A stretch of DNA of 64,000 nt from Acidimicrobiia bacterium. GTDB taxonomy: Bacteria > Actinomycetota > Acidimicrobiia > Spongiisociales > UBA11373. The notes under the pieces are model-generated. The model was given only the letters and a program-made list of their open reading frames with translations. It made no database searches and was not told where the DNA came from. The DNA is taken from contig JBKKBI010000069.1 in assembly GCA_046714175.1 (NCBI GenBank), forward strand, positions 490 through 64,489, in the 5' to 3' direction. Positions 56,227-64,000 of this stretch are shown in pieces (positions within the stretch are counted from its first letter, which is position 1; every line of letters begins with the position of its first letter). A program made the position numbers and the translations under genes.

Positions 56227-57938
56227 AGGTACTGGCCGGTGGTTACAGCCTCGATGGAACGGCTTGCGGAGCCACCCTCGATCAGGGTGCGGACATAGAC
56301 GATCCGTTCGCCCTTCTTGCCGGAGATCCGGGCCCAGTCATCCGGGTTGGTGGTGTTGGGGAGATCCTCGTGCTCACGGAACTCCTGCTCGATCGCCGCC
56401 ACCAGGTCGGTGGTGCGCACCCCGCGGGTGCCGTGGGCGATCTCACGCTTGATGGCTTCCTTCTTGGCGCGCCGCACCACGTTCTCGATCATGGCCCCCG
56501 AGGAGAAGTCTTTGAAGTAGAGGATCTCCTTGTCTCCGTTGGCGTATGTGACCTCAAGAAACCGATTGCTATCGGTGGTCGAGTACATGGCTTCCACCAC
56601 CGCCGAGATCATGTTGGCGCGCATCACCTCGCGGTCGCCCCCGACCGTGGCGAGTTCTTCGCCGTCGAAGGGAACGGCCGCGTTGAGGTAGATGCCGAAG
56701 ATCTGACGGGCCGCCGCCTCGTTGGGCCGTTCGATCTTGATCTTTACATCGAGCCGGCCCGGACGCAGGATGGCGGGATCGATCAGGTCCTCGCGGTTGG
56801 AGGCACCGATCACGATCACGTTCTTCAGCGCCTCGACCCCATCGAGCTCGGACAGCAGCTGGGGCACGATGGTCGACTCGACGTCTGAGGAGATCCCCGT
56901 GCCCCGGGTGCGGAACAGCGAATCCATCTCGTCGAAAAAGACGATGACCGGCACTCCCTCGTCGGACTTTTCCTTGGCGCGGGCGAAGATGAGGCGGATC
57001 TGGCGCTCCGTCTCGCCGACGTACTTGTTGAGCAGCTCGGGACCCTTGATGTTCAAGAAGTAGGAGCGGGCATCCTGACTTCCCGTCTTGTCGGCCACTG
57101 CGCGAGCCAGCGAGTTGGCCACCGCCTTGGCGATCAGGGTCTTGCCGCAACCGGGAGGACCGTAGAGAAGCACGCCCTTGGGGGCGGCGAGTCCGTACTC
57201 CTCGAACAGCTGCTTGTGGATATAGGGCAATTCGACAGCATCGCGGATCGCCTCGATCTGGCCCTCTAGTCCGCCGATCTGTTCGTAGGAGACGTCTGGC
57301 ACCTCCTCGAGCACCAACTCCTCCACTTCGGGGCGAATGAGGCGTTCCAGAACCAGGCCGCTGCGCAGGTCCACCCGAACGTGATCGCCTACCCGAAGGA
57401 AGGTGGAGCGCATCGGCCCCGAGAGCTCCACGACCCGTTCCTCGTCTGCCCGAGCCAGAACGATCACCCGGCCCTCGCCGAGTATCTCCTTGATGGTCAC
57501 CACCTCGCCGGTGGAATCGAAGGCGCGGACATCGATGACGTTCATAGCCTCGTTGAGCAGCACCTCCTGGCCCTGCTCCAGCTGTTTGATCTCGATGCGG
57601 GGCTCGACGTTCACCCGGAGCTTGCGCCCGCCGGTGATGACGTCGAGGGTGCCGTCGCTATTGACGCCTTGTACCACTCCAAAGGAGTTGGGCGGAGCGG
57701 TGAGCTTTTCGACCTCCTCGCGCAGCACGGCAAGCTGGTCGCGGGTCTCCTCAAGGGCGGCAGACAGCCGTTCGTTCTGGGTCACCGCCTGACTGAGGCG
57801 TCCCTTGGCCTCGAGCAGCCGTTCCTCCAGCACCCGAACCCGCCGGGGAGCGTCCTGGAGCCGACGCCGCAGGATGGCGATCTCTTCCTCCAGCATGCGG
57901 ATGGTGCCCCGGAGGTCCTCGGATGTCGGTTCAGCCAT
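56223..57938 (-). CDS. arc: Proteasome-associated AAA ATPase (ARC/Mpa)
   Basis: An N-terminal coiled-coil, an OB domain, and AAA+ motifs including GPPGCGKT. The MAEPTSEDL start was chosen. The 56-aa extension was rejected. Confidence 0.9.
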   Translation of the reverse strand: MAEPTSEDLRGTIRMLEEEIAILRRRLQDAPRRVRVLEERLLEAKGRLSQAVTQNERLSAALEETRDQLAVLREEVEKLTAPPNSFGVVQGVNSDGTLDVITGGRKLRVNVEPRIEIKQLEQGQEVLLNEAMNVIDVRAFDSTGEVVTIKEILGEGRVIVLARADEERVVELSGPMRSTFLRVGDHVRVDLRSGLVLERLIRPEVEELVLEEVPDVSYEQIGGLEGQIEAIRDAVELPYIHKQLFEEYGLAAPKGVLLYGPPGCGKTLIAKAVANSLARAVADKTGSQDARSYFLNIKGPELLNKYVGETERQIRLIFARAKEKSDEGVPVIVFFDEMDSLFRTRGTGISSDVESTIVPQLLSELDGVEALKNVIVIGASNREDLIDPAILRPGRLDVKIKIERPNEAAARQIFGIYLNAAVPFDGEELATVGGDREVMRANMISAVVEAMYSTTDSNRFLEVTYANGDKEILYFKDFSSGAMIENVVRRAKKEAIKREIAHGTRGVRTTDLVAAIEQEFREHEDLPNTTNPDDWARISGKKGERIVYVRTLIEGGSASRSIEAVTTGQYL

Positions 57939-58136
57939 CTCCACCCCGCAGTCGTCCGGCGGCGCCCTCCTGGCGCCCACTCCGGAGCGGTTGCGGCCGG
58001 TGCGACCCGGCCGTATGGCGAGTATACGGGGGCCATCAGCTAGCTCCGGAACATGTCTGCAGTGAAGTTCCGCTGCTGCTTGAGTGTCTCCACCCCCCGG
58101 GTACACTCATCGGTACGGACCGCGACCGGAGATGTC

Positions 58137-58382
58137 ATGAAGGTTTGGATCGACCAGGACTTGTGTACCGGAGACGGACTCTGCGAGGAGATCGCCCCCG
58201 ACGTCTTCGTGCTGCTGGACGACGGTCTCGCCTACGTCCGCGAGGGCGCCAAGATTTACGCCACCGCCAAGGGCAACGCCCAGGGCGCCCAGGGCATGGC
58301 CATGGTGCCTGCCGGCCAAGAGGACATCGTCGTCGAGTCTGCCGAGGAGTGTCCCGGCGAGTGCATCTTCATCGAGCCGTAA
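58137..58382 (+). CDS. Single-cluster ferredoxin
   Basis: CTGDGLCEEIAP ... ECPGECIF. Length is 81 aa. A GGAG lies 5 nt upstream of the ATG. Confidence 0.8.
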   Translation: MKVWIDQDLCTGDGLCEEIAPDVFVLLDDGLAYVREGAKIYATAKGNAQGAQGMAMVPAGQEDIVVESAEECPGECIFIEP

Positions 58383-58461
58383 GCAGGCACTAGGCACCAC
58401 CAATCTGGTGCCGATTCCGTCCTTGGCTCTGATTCCTGTGTCTGCTGGTTTGGCGCCCAGG

Positions 58462-59271
58462 TCACTCCGCGCGTTCGATCTGCTCCAGAGGTCCTGCCAC
58501 GTGGTGCGCCACCGTGATGAAACCGGTGTGGCCGACCATCAGGCTTTCGGGCCGCACCGCTCGGCCCGCCACTTTCCAGTTCCTGATCAGCATCTCGAAG
58601 GTCTCGATGGCGACGAACCTTCCGGTGCGGTGCAATGCCTCATGCAGCTGCTGTACCTGCGGCACTGTGGGCAGGTAGGCGCACAGGATCCCCCCCGGGG
58701 CCATCGCCCCCGCCGCCGGCTCCGCGACCTCCCACGGTTCCGGCAGATCGAGAATCACCCGGTCGGGTTGCCACTCCCCCAAAACCTCTTCGACCCGTCC
58801 CGCGACCATCGTCAGGTTGTCGGGGATCCTCCCCAAGAACCGCTGCACCGTGCCCTGAGCGTGTTTCATGTGGTCCGGCCGCACCTCGACCGTGACCACT
58901 CTTCCGGTGCTCCCCACCGCCCGCAACAGCGCCAGGGTGAGCGCACCCGATCCGGTGCCTGCCTCCACCACCAGGTCGCCAGGCTGGGTGTCGCTCCAAT
59001 GGAGGATCGGCCCGATGTCCTTGGGGTACACCACCTGGGCGCCGCGACGCATCTTCAGTATGTAGTCGGCCAGCCGGGGTCGGAAGACTGCGATCCGCCC
59101 ACCGCTGGAGGACAGCGCCACCGCACCGGGTTGGAGACCCAGCAGGGCTTCGTGGCGCAGGTATCCGCCGTGGTACTGAAAGGTCTGACCGGGGCGAATC
59201 TCGATCAGGTAGCGCCTACCCCTCGGGTCGAGCAGGAGGCACAGATCCCCGGCACTGAAAGGCGCGCTCAA
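58462..59271 (-). CDS. trmI: tRNA (adenine58-N1)-methyltransferase TrmI
   Basis: It aligns with mycobacterial TrmI from residue 2 (SAPFSAGD vs SATGPFSIGE). The SAM motif VVEAGTGSGALT is present. The start is a TTG at 59271. Confidence 0.85.
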   Translation of the reverse strand: MSAPFSAGDLCLLLDPRGRRYLIEIRPGQTFQYHGGYLRHEALLGLQPGAVALSSSGGRIAVFRPRLADYILKMRRGAQVVYPKDIGPILHWSDTQPGDLVVEAGTGSGALTLALLRAVGSTGRVVTVEVRPDHMKHAQGTVQRFLGRIPDNLTMVAGRVEEVLGEWQPDRVILDLPEPWEVAEPAAGAMAPGGILCAYLPTVPQVQQLHEALHRTGRFVAIETFEMLIRNWKVAGRAVRPESLMVGHTGFITVAHHVAGPLEQIERAE

Positions 59272-59372
59272 CCCCGCAGGGCCTGAATGAAGGGGATCAC
59301 CAACGACAGGATGACCATCACCGCCACGAAGATCACGACGTAGCGGGTCATCCGCTCCCGGTTACGGAACAT
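59268..59372 (-). CDS. Small hydrophobic peptide ORF (27-34 aa) translationally coupled to trmI
   Basis: MFRNRERMTRYVVIFVAVMVILSLVIPFIQALRG. Its TGA stop overlaps the trmI TTG start (TTGA). A GGGAG lies 3 nt upstream of the internal ATG. It is below the ORF-track size cutoff. Confidence 0.3.
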   Translation of the reverse strand: MFRNRERMTRYVVIFVAVMVILSLVIPFIQALRG

Positions 59373-59454
59373 GCCGGGAGGATAGGCACCAGGCACCGGG
59401 CACTCGGAGTCACAGAGAAAGAGTATTGCTGGCGGGCGGTCCTACTCTCTGCCG

Positions 59455-59700
59455 GTGGCCTTTGACTCCTTTCACTTCGGGGCGCGGACTCTGGCTCGAG
59501 GGTTGCGGACCTCGCGCCCTGCGGTTGCTGCCTGGGGCGCGGCACTCCTCGCCTGGGCGGCGATCCGGGCCGGAGAGGCACCCAAGAACCAACTCGTCTA
59601 CCGGGTCAGGCTTCGCCCCGGCGAATCGGTACAGGTGCTGCTGACCAGCGGCGAACCCGATCCCGAGGCGACTGACGACGAGCACTCCGGCCTTGCCTAG
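59455..59700 (+). CDS. Hypothetical small protein
   Basis: 81 aa with moderately high GC3. No motif. Confidence 0.3.
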   Translation: MAFDSFHFGARTLARGLRTSRPAVAAWGAALLAWAAIRAGEAPKNQLVYRVRLRPGESVQVLLTSGEPDPEATDDEHSGLA

Positions 59701-59710
59701 CGCCCGGTGC

Positions 59711-59908
59711 CTATCGGCTTCGATACACCTCGATGCGCGCGGATCCCTGGCGTCCCCGGCGCCGCCCGAGCACGTAGACCACGAAGATCAGGCCGACCAC
59801 GCCCACGGCGGCGAGGACTCCCGGGTTTTTCGCTCCGTCGGCGGTTTCGTCGACCACCTGCTGGATCTGGCGTAGCTTGGCTTCGAGGTCGTCCCGGGTG
59901 ACGGTCAT
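59711..59908 (-). CDS. Small membrane protein (DUF3618-like)
   Basis: MTVTRDDLEAKLRQIQQVVDETADGAKNPGVLAAVGVVGLIFVVYVLGRRR. The ATG overlaps the upstream gene's stop (ATGA). Confidence 0.45.
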   Translation of the reverse strand: MTVTRDDLEAKLRQIQQVVDETADGAKNPGVLAAVGVVGLIFVVYVLGRRRGRQGSARIEVYRSR

Positions 59909-60222
59909 CGCGTCGCTCGCCACATCACGAGACCCATCGCAGCCAGCAAGGAGAGCGCCGCGGCCAGATAGCCGACACCGCTCCACACCGCGCCGTCAGG
60001 CATCACCCGCAGCATCCAGCGGGTCCCCGCGACCGCGAGGAATCCGGAACCCAGAACGAAGCACACCGAGGCGATGGCACTGAATCCGGCCAGCCGGCCG
60101 AGGCGCCGCGCCGGCTCCATCGTCTGTTCTCGCAGGTACTCCCGCGACATGTCGATGAACTCGCCGACGAGATCGGGAAGTTCCTGCACCGGAGGCATCA
60201 GATGGTCCTTGGTCGCGGGCAC
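59905..60222 (-). CDS. Membrane protein resembling the actinobacterial Holin-X (holin superfamily III) family
   Basis: 105 aa with two TM helices. The N-terminal LVGEFIDMSREYLREQ amphipathic region is typical of this widespread stress-associated family. Confidence 0.45.
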   Translation of the reverse strand: MPATKDHLMPPVQELPDLVGEFIDMSREYLREQTMEPARRLGRLAGFSAIASVCFVLGSGFLAVAGTRWMLRVMPDGAVWSGVGYLAAALSLLAAMGLVMWRATR

Positions 60223-60275
60223 CGCAGCGTACCCCTCCCGGGGCGAAGACGGTGCCGGGGTTATGCTCGCCGGGC

Positions 60276-61487
60276 ATGCCTGAGGCCACCGCCCGCCGCA
60301 ACCTGTGGCCGCTCGTGTTGGGGCAGTCGGTGTCCCTCCTCGGCGACTACCTCGGGTTTTTCCTTGCCCTTCCGGTGTTCGTGCGCGACTTCGGCGGCGG
60401 GTCGGCCACCCAGCTCGGCCTACTTGGCACCTTCGAGACCGTCGCCGTGCTCGGATTCGGTCTCATCGCCGGACTCGTCATCGACCGCACCGCCGTGCGC
60501 CGCACCATGGTCGTCGCCGACCTGGCCCGGGCCGCGGCCTTCGGACTTCTCGCATTGGCAGTGGCGATGGACGTGGCCGAGGTGTGGATGGCGTTTGCGG
60601 TCGCATTCATGGTCGGTGCCCTCGGCACCCTCTTCGACACCGGCCTCGAGGGCGTGATGCCAGCGGTGCTCAGCGACGACCTGCTCGTCACTGCCAACAG
60701 CCGCCTGCAGGTGGGACGCAACCTCGCGCAGACCGGCGGCTTCGTCCTGGGCGGGGTGCTGCTGGCCACCACGGGGGGGATCGCAGCCGCCCTGGCGGTG
60801 GATGCGGCCACCTACCTGATCTCGGCGGCGGCGATTCTCTTTCTCCGGGAAGTACGGCCCCGGCCGATACTGCCCCGTGAACCCGCGATCAGTTCGATCA
60901 CAGAGGGCTTGCGCACCTTGTGGGGGCTGCGCCCGGTACGCTGGGCCACGGCCGCGGCGATGCTGGTGAATCTCGCCTTTGCTCCGCTGGCTGCGGTGAT
61001 ACCGATCTATGTGCCCGATGAACTCGGTATCGCAGGCACCAGGGCTCTGGGACTCTTCTTTGCCGGCTTTGCCATCATCGGGGCGGCCGGTGTGGTCCTA
61101 GGCACCAGGGTGATTCGGTTCATCGGACTCGGCCGCACCATCGTCCTCGGCACCGTGTTGCTTGGTGCCGGCGCCGCCGGAGCCGGCTTCGCTTCGGGAT
61201 GGATCGGCGTGGTGCCCTTTGGTGTCGCCGCCGCCGGCGTATCGCTCAGCCAGATCGGCTTCGTCACCATGCGCCAGCGGCTGACTCCCCCGGACCGGCT
61301 CGGCAGGGTGATCGCCGCCTCGCGAACGATCTCCTGGGGTGGGATACCCATCGGGCTGATGGTGGGCACGCCGCTGGCCGACGCGATCGGGTTGCGAGCC
61401 CTCTTCGGAGCCGGCGGTCTGATGATCGTCCTCGTCACGGCACTGCTCCTGGTCAGCCCGCTCTGGCAGCAGACCGCCGCCGACTAG
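60276..61487 (+). CDS. MFS transporter
   Basis: 12 predicted TM helices and an MFS-type loop. An alternative start is at 60252. Confidence 0.8.
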   Translation: MPEATARRNLWPLVLGQSVSLLGDYLGFFLALPVFVRDFGGGSATQLGLLGTFETVAVLGFGLIAGLVIDRTAVRRTMVVADLARAAAFGLLALAVAMDVAEVWMAFAVAFMVGALGTLFDTGLEGVMPAVLSDDLLVTANSRLQVGRNLAQTGGFVLGGVLLATTGGIAAALAVDAATYLISAAAILFLREVRPRPILPREPAISSITEGLRTLWGLRPVRWATAAAMLVNLAFAPLAAVIPIYVPDELGIAGTRALGLFFAGFAIIGAAGVVLGTRVIRFIGLGRTIVLGTVLLGAGAAGAGFASGWIGVVPFGVAAAGVSLSQIGFVTMRQRLTPPDRLGRVIAASRTISWGGIPIGLMVGTPLADAIGLRALFGAGGLMIVLVTALLLVSPLWQQTAAD

Positions 61488-62695
61488 AGCGCGTCCAGGG
61501 CCGCCAGTGCTCGGTCGACCTCGGCGGCGGTGTTGTAGTGGACGAATCCCACTCGCACCAAGCCCTGGTTCGCCTTGCCGAGGCGTTCCATCACCCCCAC
61601 CGCGTAGTAGTTGCCGTCCCACACGAACACGCCTTGCTCCCCGAGGCGCTCCGCCACCAGGCGCGGGGCCAATCCCTCCACTGCGAAGGCGAAGGTGGCC
61701 ACCCGCTGGTCCAACCGGTCGGTGTCGGTGATCCCGTACAGACGAACCCGCGGCATCTCCGCGATTCCTCGGAGAAATCGCGTCGCCAGATCGGCCTCAT
61801 GCGACCCGATCGCGGCGAACGCCGACTGCAATCGGTCCCGCCGCGAATCCCCGGTGCCGAGAGACGCCAGGTAGTCGACCGCGGCGGCGACACCGGCCAG
61901 CGCCTCGAACGACTGGGTACCCGTCTCCCAGCGTTCCGGCCCGGTGTCATGAGCCGGAACCAGTTTGTAGGGGGCCACGCCGGCGAGGAGTTCCTCCCGC
62001 CCCACGAGCATTCCGATGTGGGGGCCGAAGAACTTGTAGGCACTCGCCGCGACCAGGTCAGCGCCAAGTTGGCGCAGTGAGAGCAACCGATGGGCCGAGT
62101 GATGCACCGCATCCACGAACACCACGGCACCGGCGGCGTGAGCGGCGGGGACGATCTCTCCCAGCCGGGTGACCGAGCCCAGGGCGTTGGAGGCGGCAGT
62201 GACTGCCACCACCCGGGTGCGGGGGCCGATGGCGTCCCGGACCGCGGCGGGATCGAGGGTTCCGTCGGCGGGGTCGAAGTGGACCGTGCGCACCGTCACG
62301 CCCCGGTCGGCGGCGGCGAGGCGCCACGGGGTGACGTTGGCATCGTGGTCGAGGCTGGTGACCACCACCTCGTCGCCGGGCACCCAGGTCCGCGCCAGGG
62401 CGCGCGACATGGCGAAGGTCAGAGTGGTCATGTTGGGTCCGAACACGACCTCGGAGGGCGCGGCGTCGAACAGGTCCGCGATTGCGTCACGAGCGGCGGC
62501 GACGATGGCATCGGAACGGCGACTGGCGGCGAATGCTCCACCCAGGTTCCCGATCCCGGTCTGCAGCGCGCCGGTGATGGCGGCGATGACCGAACCCGGC
62601 ACTTGTGTACCCCCGGGTCCGTCGAGATAGGCGTCGCCCCCGGACAGCGCCGGAAAGCGAGTCCGGATGGCCTCGAGGTCCAACGGCGCGTTCAC
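61484..62695 (-). CDS. Class V aminotransferase / cysteine desulfurase family protein
   Basis: PLP-lysine region SAYKFFGPHIGML. Length is 403 aa. Confidence 0.75.
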   Translation of the reverse strand: MNAPLDLEAIRTRFPALSGGDAYLDGPGGTQVPGSVIAAITGALQTGIGNLGGAFAASRRSDAIVAAARDAIADLFDAAPSEVVFGPNMTTLTFAMSRALARTWVPGDEVVVTSLDHDANVTPWRLAAADRGVTVRTVHFDPADGTLDPAAVRDAIGPRTRVVAVTAASNALGSVTRLGEIVPAAHAAGAVVFVDAVHHSAHRLLSLRQLGADLVAASAYKFFGPHIGMLVGREELLAGVAPYKLVPAHDTGPERWETGTQSFEALAGVAAAVDYLASLGTGDSRRDRLQSAFAAIGSHEADLATRFLRGIAEMPRVRLYGITDTDRLDQRVATFAFAVEGLAPRLVAERLGEQGVFVWDGNYYAVGVMERLGKANQGLVRVGFVHYNTAAEVDRALAALDAL

Positions 62696-62704
62696 CGCGG
62701 CAGG

Positions 62705-63979
62705 CTAACCAGCCAACTGCGCGCCGAACCCGCGGCTCGTGAGGTACTCGAGCACGAGATCGGCGATGGCGGCATGGCCGATCTCGTTGGGGTGCAAAGT
62801 GCCGTTGGTGGTGTAGGGAGCCCCCGGTCCCTGCAACACCGCCGACTGCGCCGCGGTCCGATACCAGGTGACGCCGACCGCTCCCATGGCCTGTCCGCGG
62901 GTGCCCGGGTTCCGATACCAACTGTCGGGGAAGTCCAGGGCGGTGAAGGCACGGCCACCGGTCTCGGGAACCGCAGGCTGATACGACGGCCAGGTGGCGC
63001 AGTATCCGTGTCCGGCGGCAAAGCTCTCCGCCACCCCATCCACGAATCCCCAGCCGTGTTCGGTCGCCACCGCGGCCAGAGCAGCATTGAGCGGCTGCAG
63101 TACCTCGGCGACTCCGCGTCGCCCCTCATCGCGGCTGATCTCGTGAAAGCGCAGGGGCGGAGTGACATCGCCGACGATCTCCCGGCAGCGCTCGCCGTCA
63201 GCGCCACCGCCGGTGGGATCGGGGTATCCGACCAGCACGACGCGGCCGATGTCGAATCGCTCCAAGGCGGAGTCCAGGCGACGCATCGCGTCACCTAGAC
63301 CGATCAGCCCCGGAAGCTGCGCCCCGGTGGCGCGCACCTCGGGGACGCATGACCACCGGAAGGGAAGACTGAACGAGACTCCGGTGCCTCGCCGCCAGTT
63401 GCCATCGAGAGCAGAAGCCACCGCCTGATCGACCATCATGTGATAACAGATCGGATCGAACAACGGGTCGGCCTCGACCAGAGCCCGCACCAGTCGGGTA
63501 AAGCCGATCGAGTTGCCCCCCTCCTGGATCAACAGCAGATCGATGCGGCGCTCCCCCACCAGTGCGGCAAGCTGATCCACCTGGGCGGGAAGATCCCCCT
63601 GGGGCGACAGGATGCCCCAATCGGTGCGCGCCCCGCTGGAGGCGACAGAGACAAATGTGACCGAAGTGCGCGGATCGGATTGCTCCATGACCAAGGCGGT
63701 GCGCGCCGGCCACGCCACGGAGGACCTGCGGGCGGCGGTGTGCGCCCGGCTGGCGGCCGCATCGTCGCCGTCGCCCCAAAGCGGTTCGGAGCCATCGTCG
63801 CCACGCCGCACTTCCGGATTGCCTTCCCCCGAGGCATAGGAGTCACCGATGGCGACGATCAACAGGTCCTCCACCGTCACCGCGGCGCGGGCCCGCAGCG
63901 ACACTTGCCTGAAGGGAAGCGGGATCAGCCCGGCGACTTCGACCTGATGCACGCCCTCGGCAAGGGCCAGCTCCAGCAC
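62705..63979 (-). CDS. SGNH/GDSL-like hydrolase (possibly incomplete at the window edge)
   Basis: LLIVAIGDSYASGEGNP GDS(L) motif, and a C-terminal LHPNEIGHAAIA (DxxH-like). The start is uncertain. Confidence 0.5.
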   Translation of the reverse strand: MLELALAEGVHQVEVAGLIPLPFRQVSLRARAAVTVEDLLIVAIGDSYASGEGNPEVRRGDDGSEPLWGDGDDAAASRAHTAARRSSVAWPARTALVMEQSDPRTSVTFVSVASSGARTDWGILSPQGDLPAQVDQLAALVGERRIDLLLIQEGGNSIGFTRLVRALVEADPLFDPICYHMMVDQAVASALDGNWRRGTGVSFSLPFRWSCVPEVRATGAQLPGLIGLGDAMRRLDSALERFDIGRVVLVGYPDPTGGGADGERCREIVGDVTPPLRFHEISRDEGRRGVAEVLQPLNAALAAVATEHGWGFVDGVAESFAAGHGYCATWPSYQPAVPETGGRAFTALDFPDSWYRNPGTRGQAMGAVGVTWYRTAAQSAVLQGPGAPYTTNGTLHPNEIGHAAIADLVLEYLTSRGFGAQLAG

Positions 63980-64000
63980 GGGCTCGACCGTGTGATGGGT

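Noticed and set aside
59711-60222. Holin-like protein as a prophage lysis cassette
   Set aside because: The actinobacterial Holin-X / DUF3618 pair is a widespread chromosomal stress-associated module. No endolysin, terminase or capsid genes are present in the window.
62090-63298. 402-aa plus-strand ORF
   Set aside because: It is antisense to the class V aminotransferase and SGNH hydrolase genes.

Overview
This is a high-GC (roughly 70%) actinobacterial core-chromosome window with about 80 protein genes, most on the minus strand, packed tightly with many 4-nt ATGA/GTGA stop-start overlaps that suggest translationally coupled operons. Three conserved syntenic blocks can be read directly from the ORF translations. 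The first is a glycine-cleavage and GarA block: gcvPB-gcvPA-gcvT, two MerR regulators, a DUF151 nuclease, hpt, a D-Ala-D-Ala carboxypeptidase, the FHA protein GarA, gcvH and a CDP-alcohol phosphatidyltransferase (the Rv1822-Rv1832 arrangement of Mycobacterium tuberculosis, but with a split GcvP). The second is a housekeeping block: accD, der, ispH, cmk, aroA, rluB, scpB-scpA, a site-2 protease, a DksA/TraR zinc finger, xerD, pyrG, recN, nadK, tlyA, a rhomboid protease and a HAD hydrolase (Rv1689-Rv1713-like). The third is the Pup-proteasome block: arc(mpa), dop, pup (ending GGQ), prcB, prcA, pafA, pafB, pafC, tatA, tatC and helY (Rv2092c-Rv2115c-like). Other genes include rbsK divergent from a eukaryote-type Qng1 queuosine-salvage gene, msrB, tag, trx, dinB, add and a lipoprotein metallophosphoesterase. 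One tRNA-Pro(GGG) gene lies next to a 31-bp perfect duplicate of its own 3' end, a possible integration scar. No CRISPR array, integrase, transposase or defence island is visible, so the window looks like ordinary core genome. The points worth a second look are therefore small-scale: the tRNA-Pro duplication, an rluB gene that seems to need a non-AUG (AUC) start, a small peptide ORF translationally coupled upstream of trmI, a tandem heptad array between pafA and pafB, the rbsK/Qng1 pair, a nuclease-fold gene inserted where a glycine riboswitch would be expected, a degenerate DAGK-like protein, and several palindromic putative operators. All calls come from reading the translations and the DNA by eye. 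No database search or computation was run, and the many long antisense ORFs typical of GC-rich DNA were rejected.
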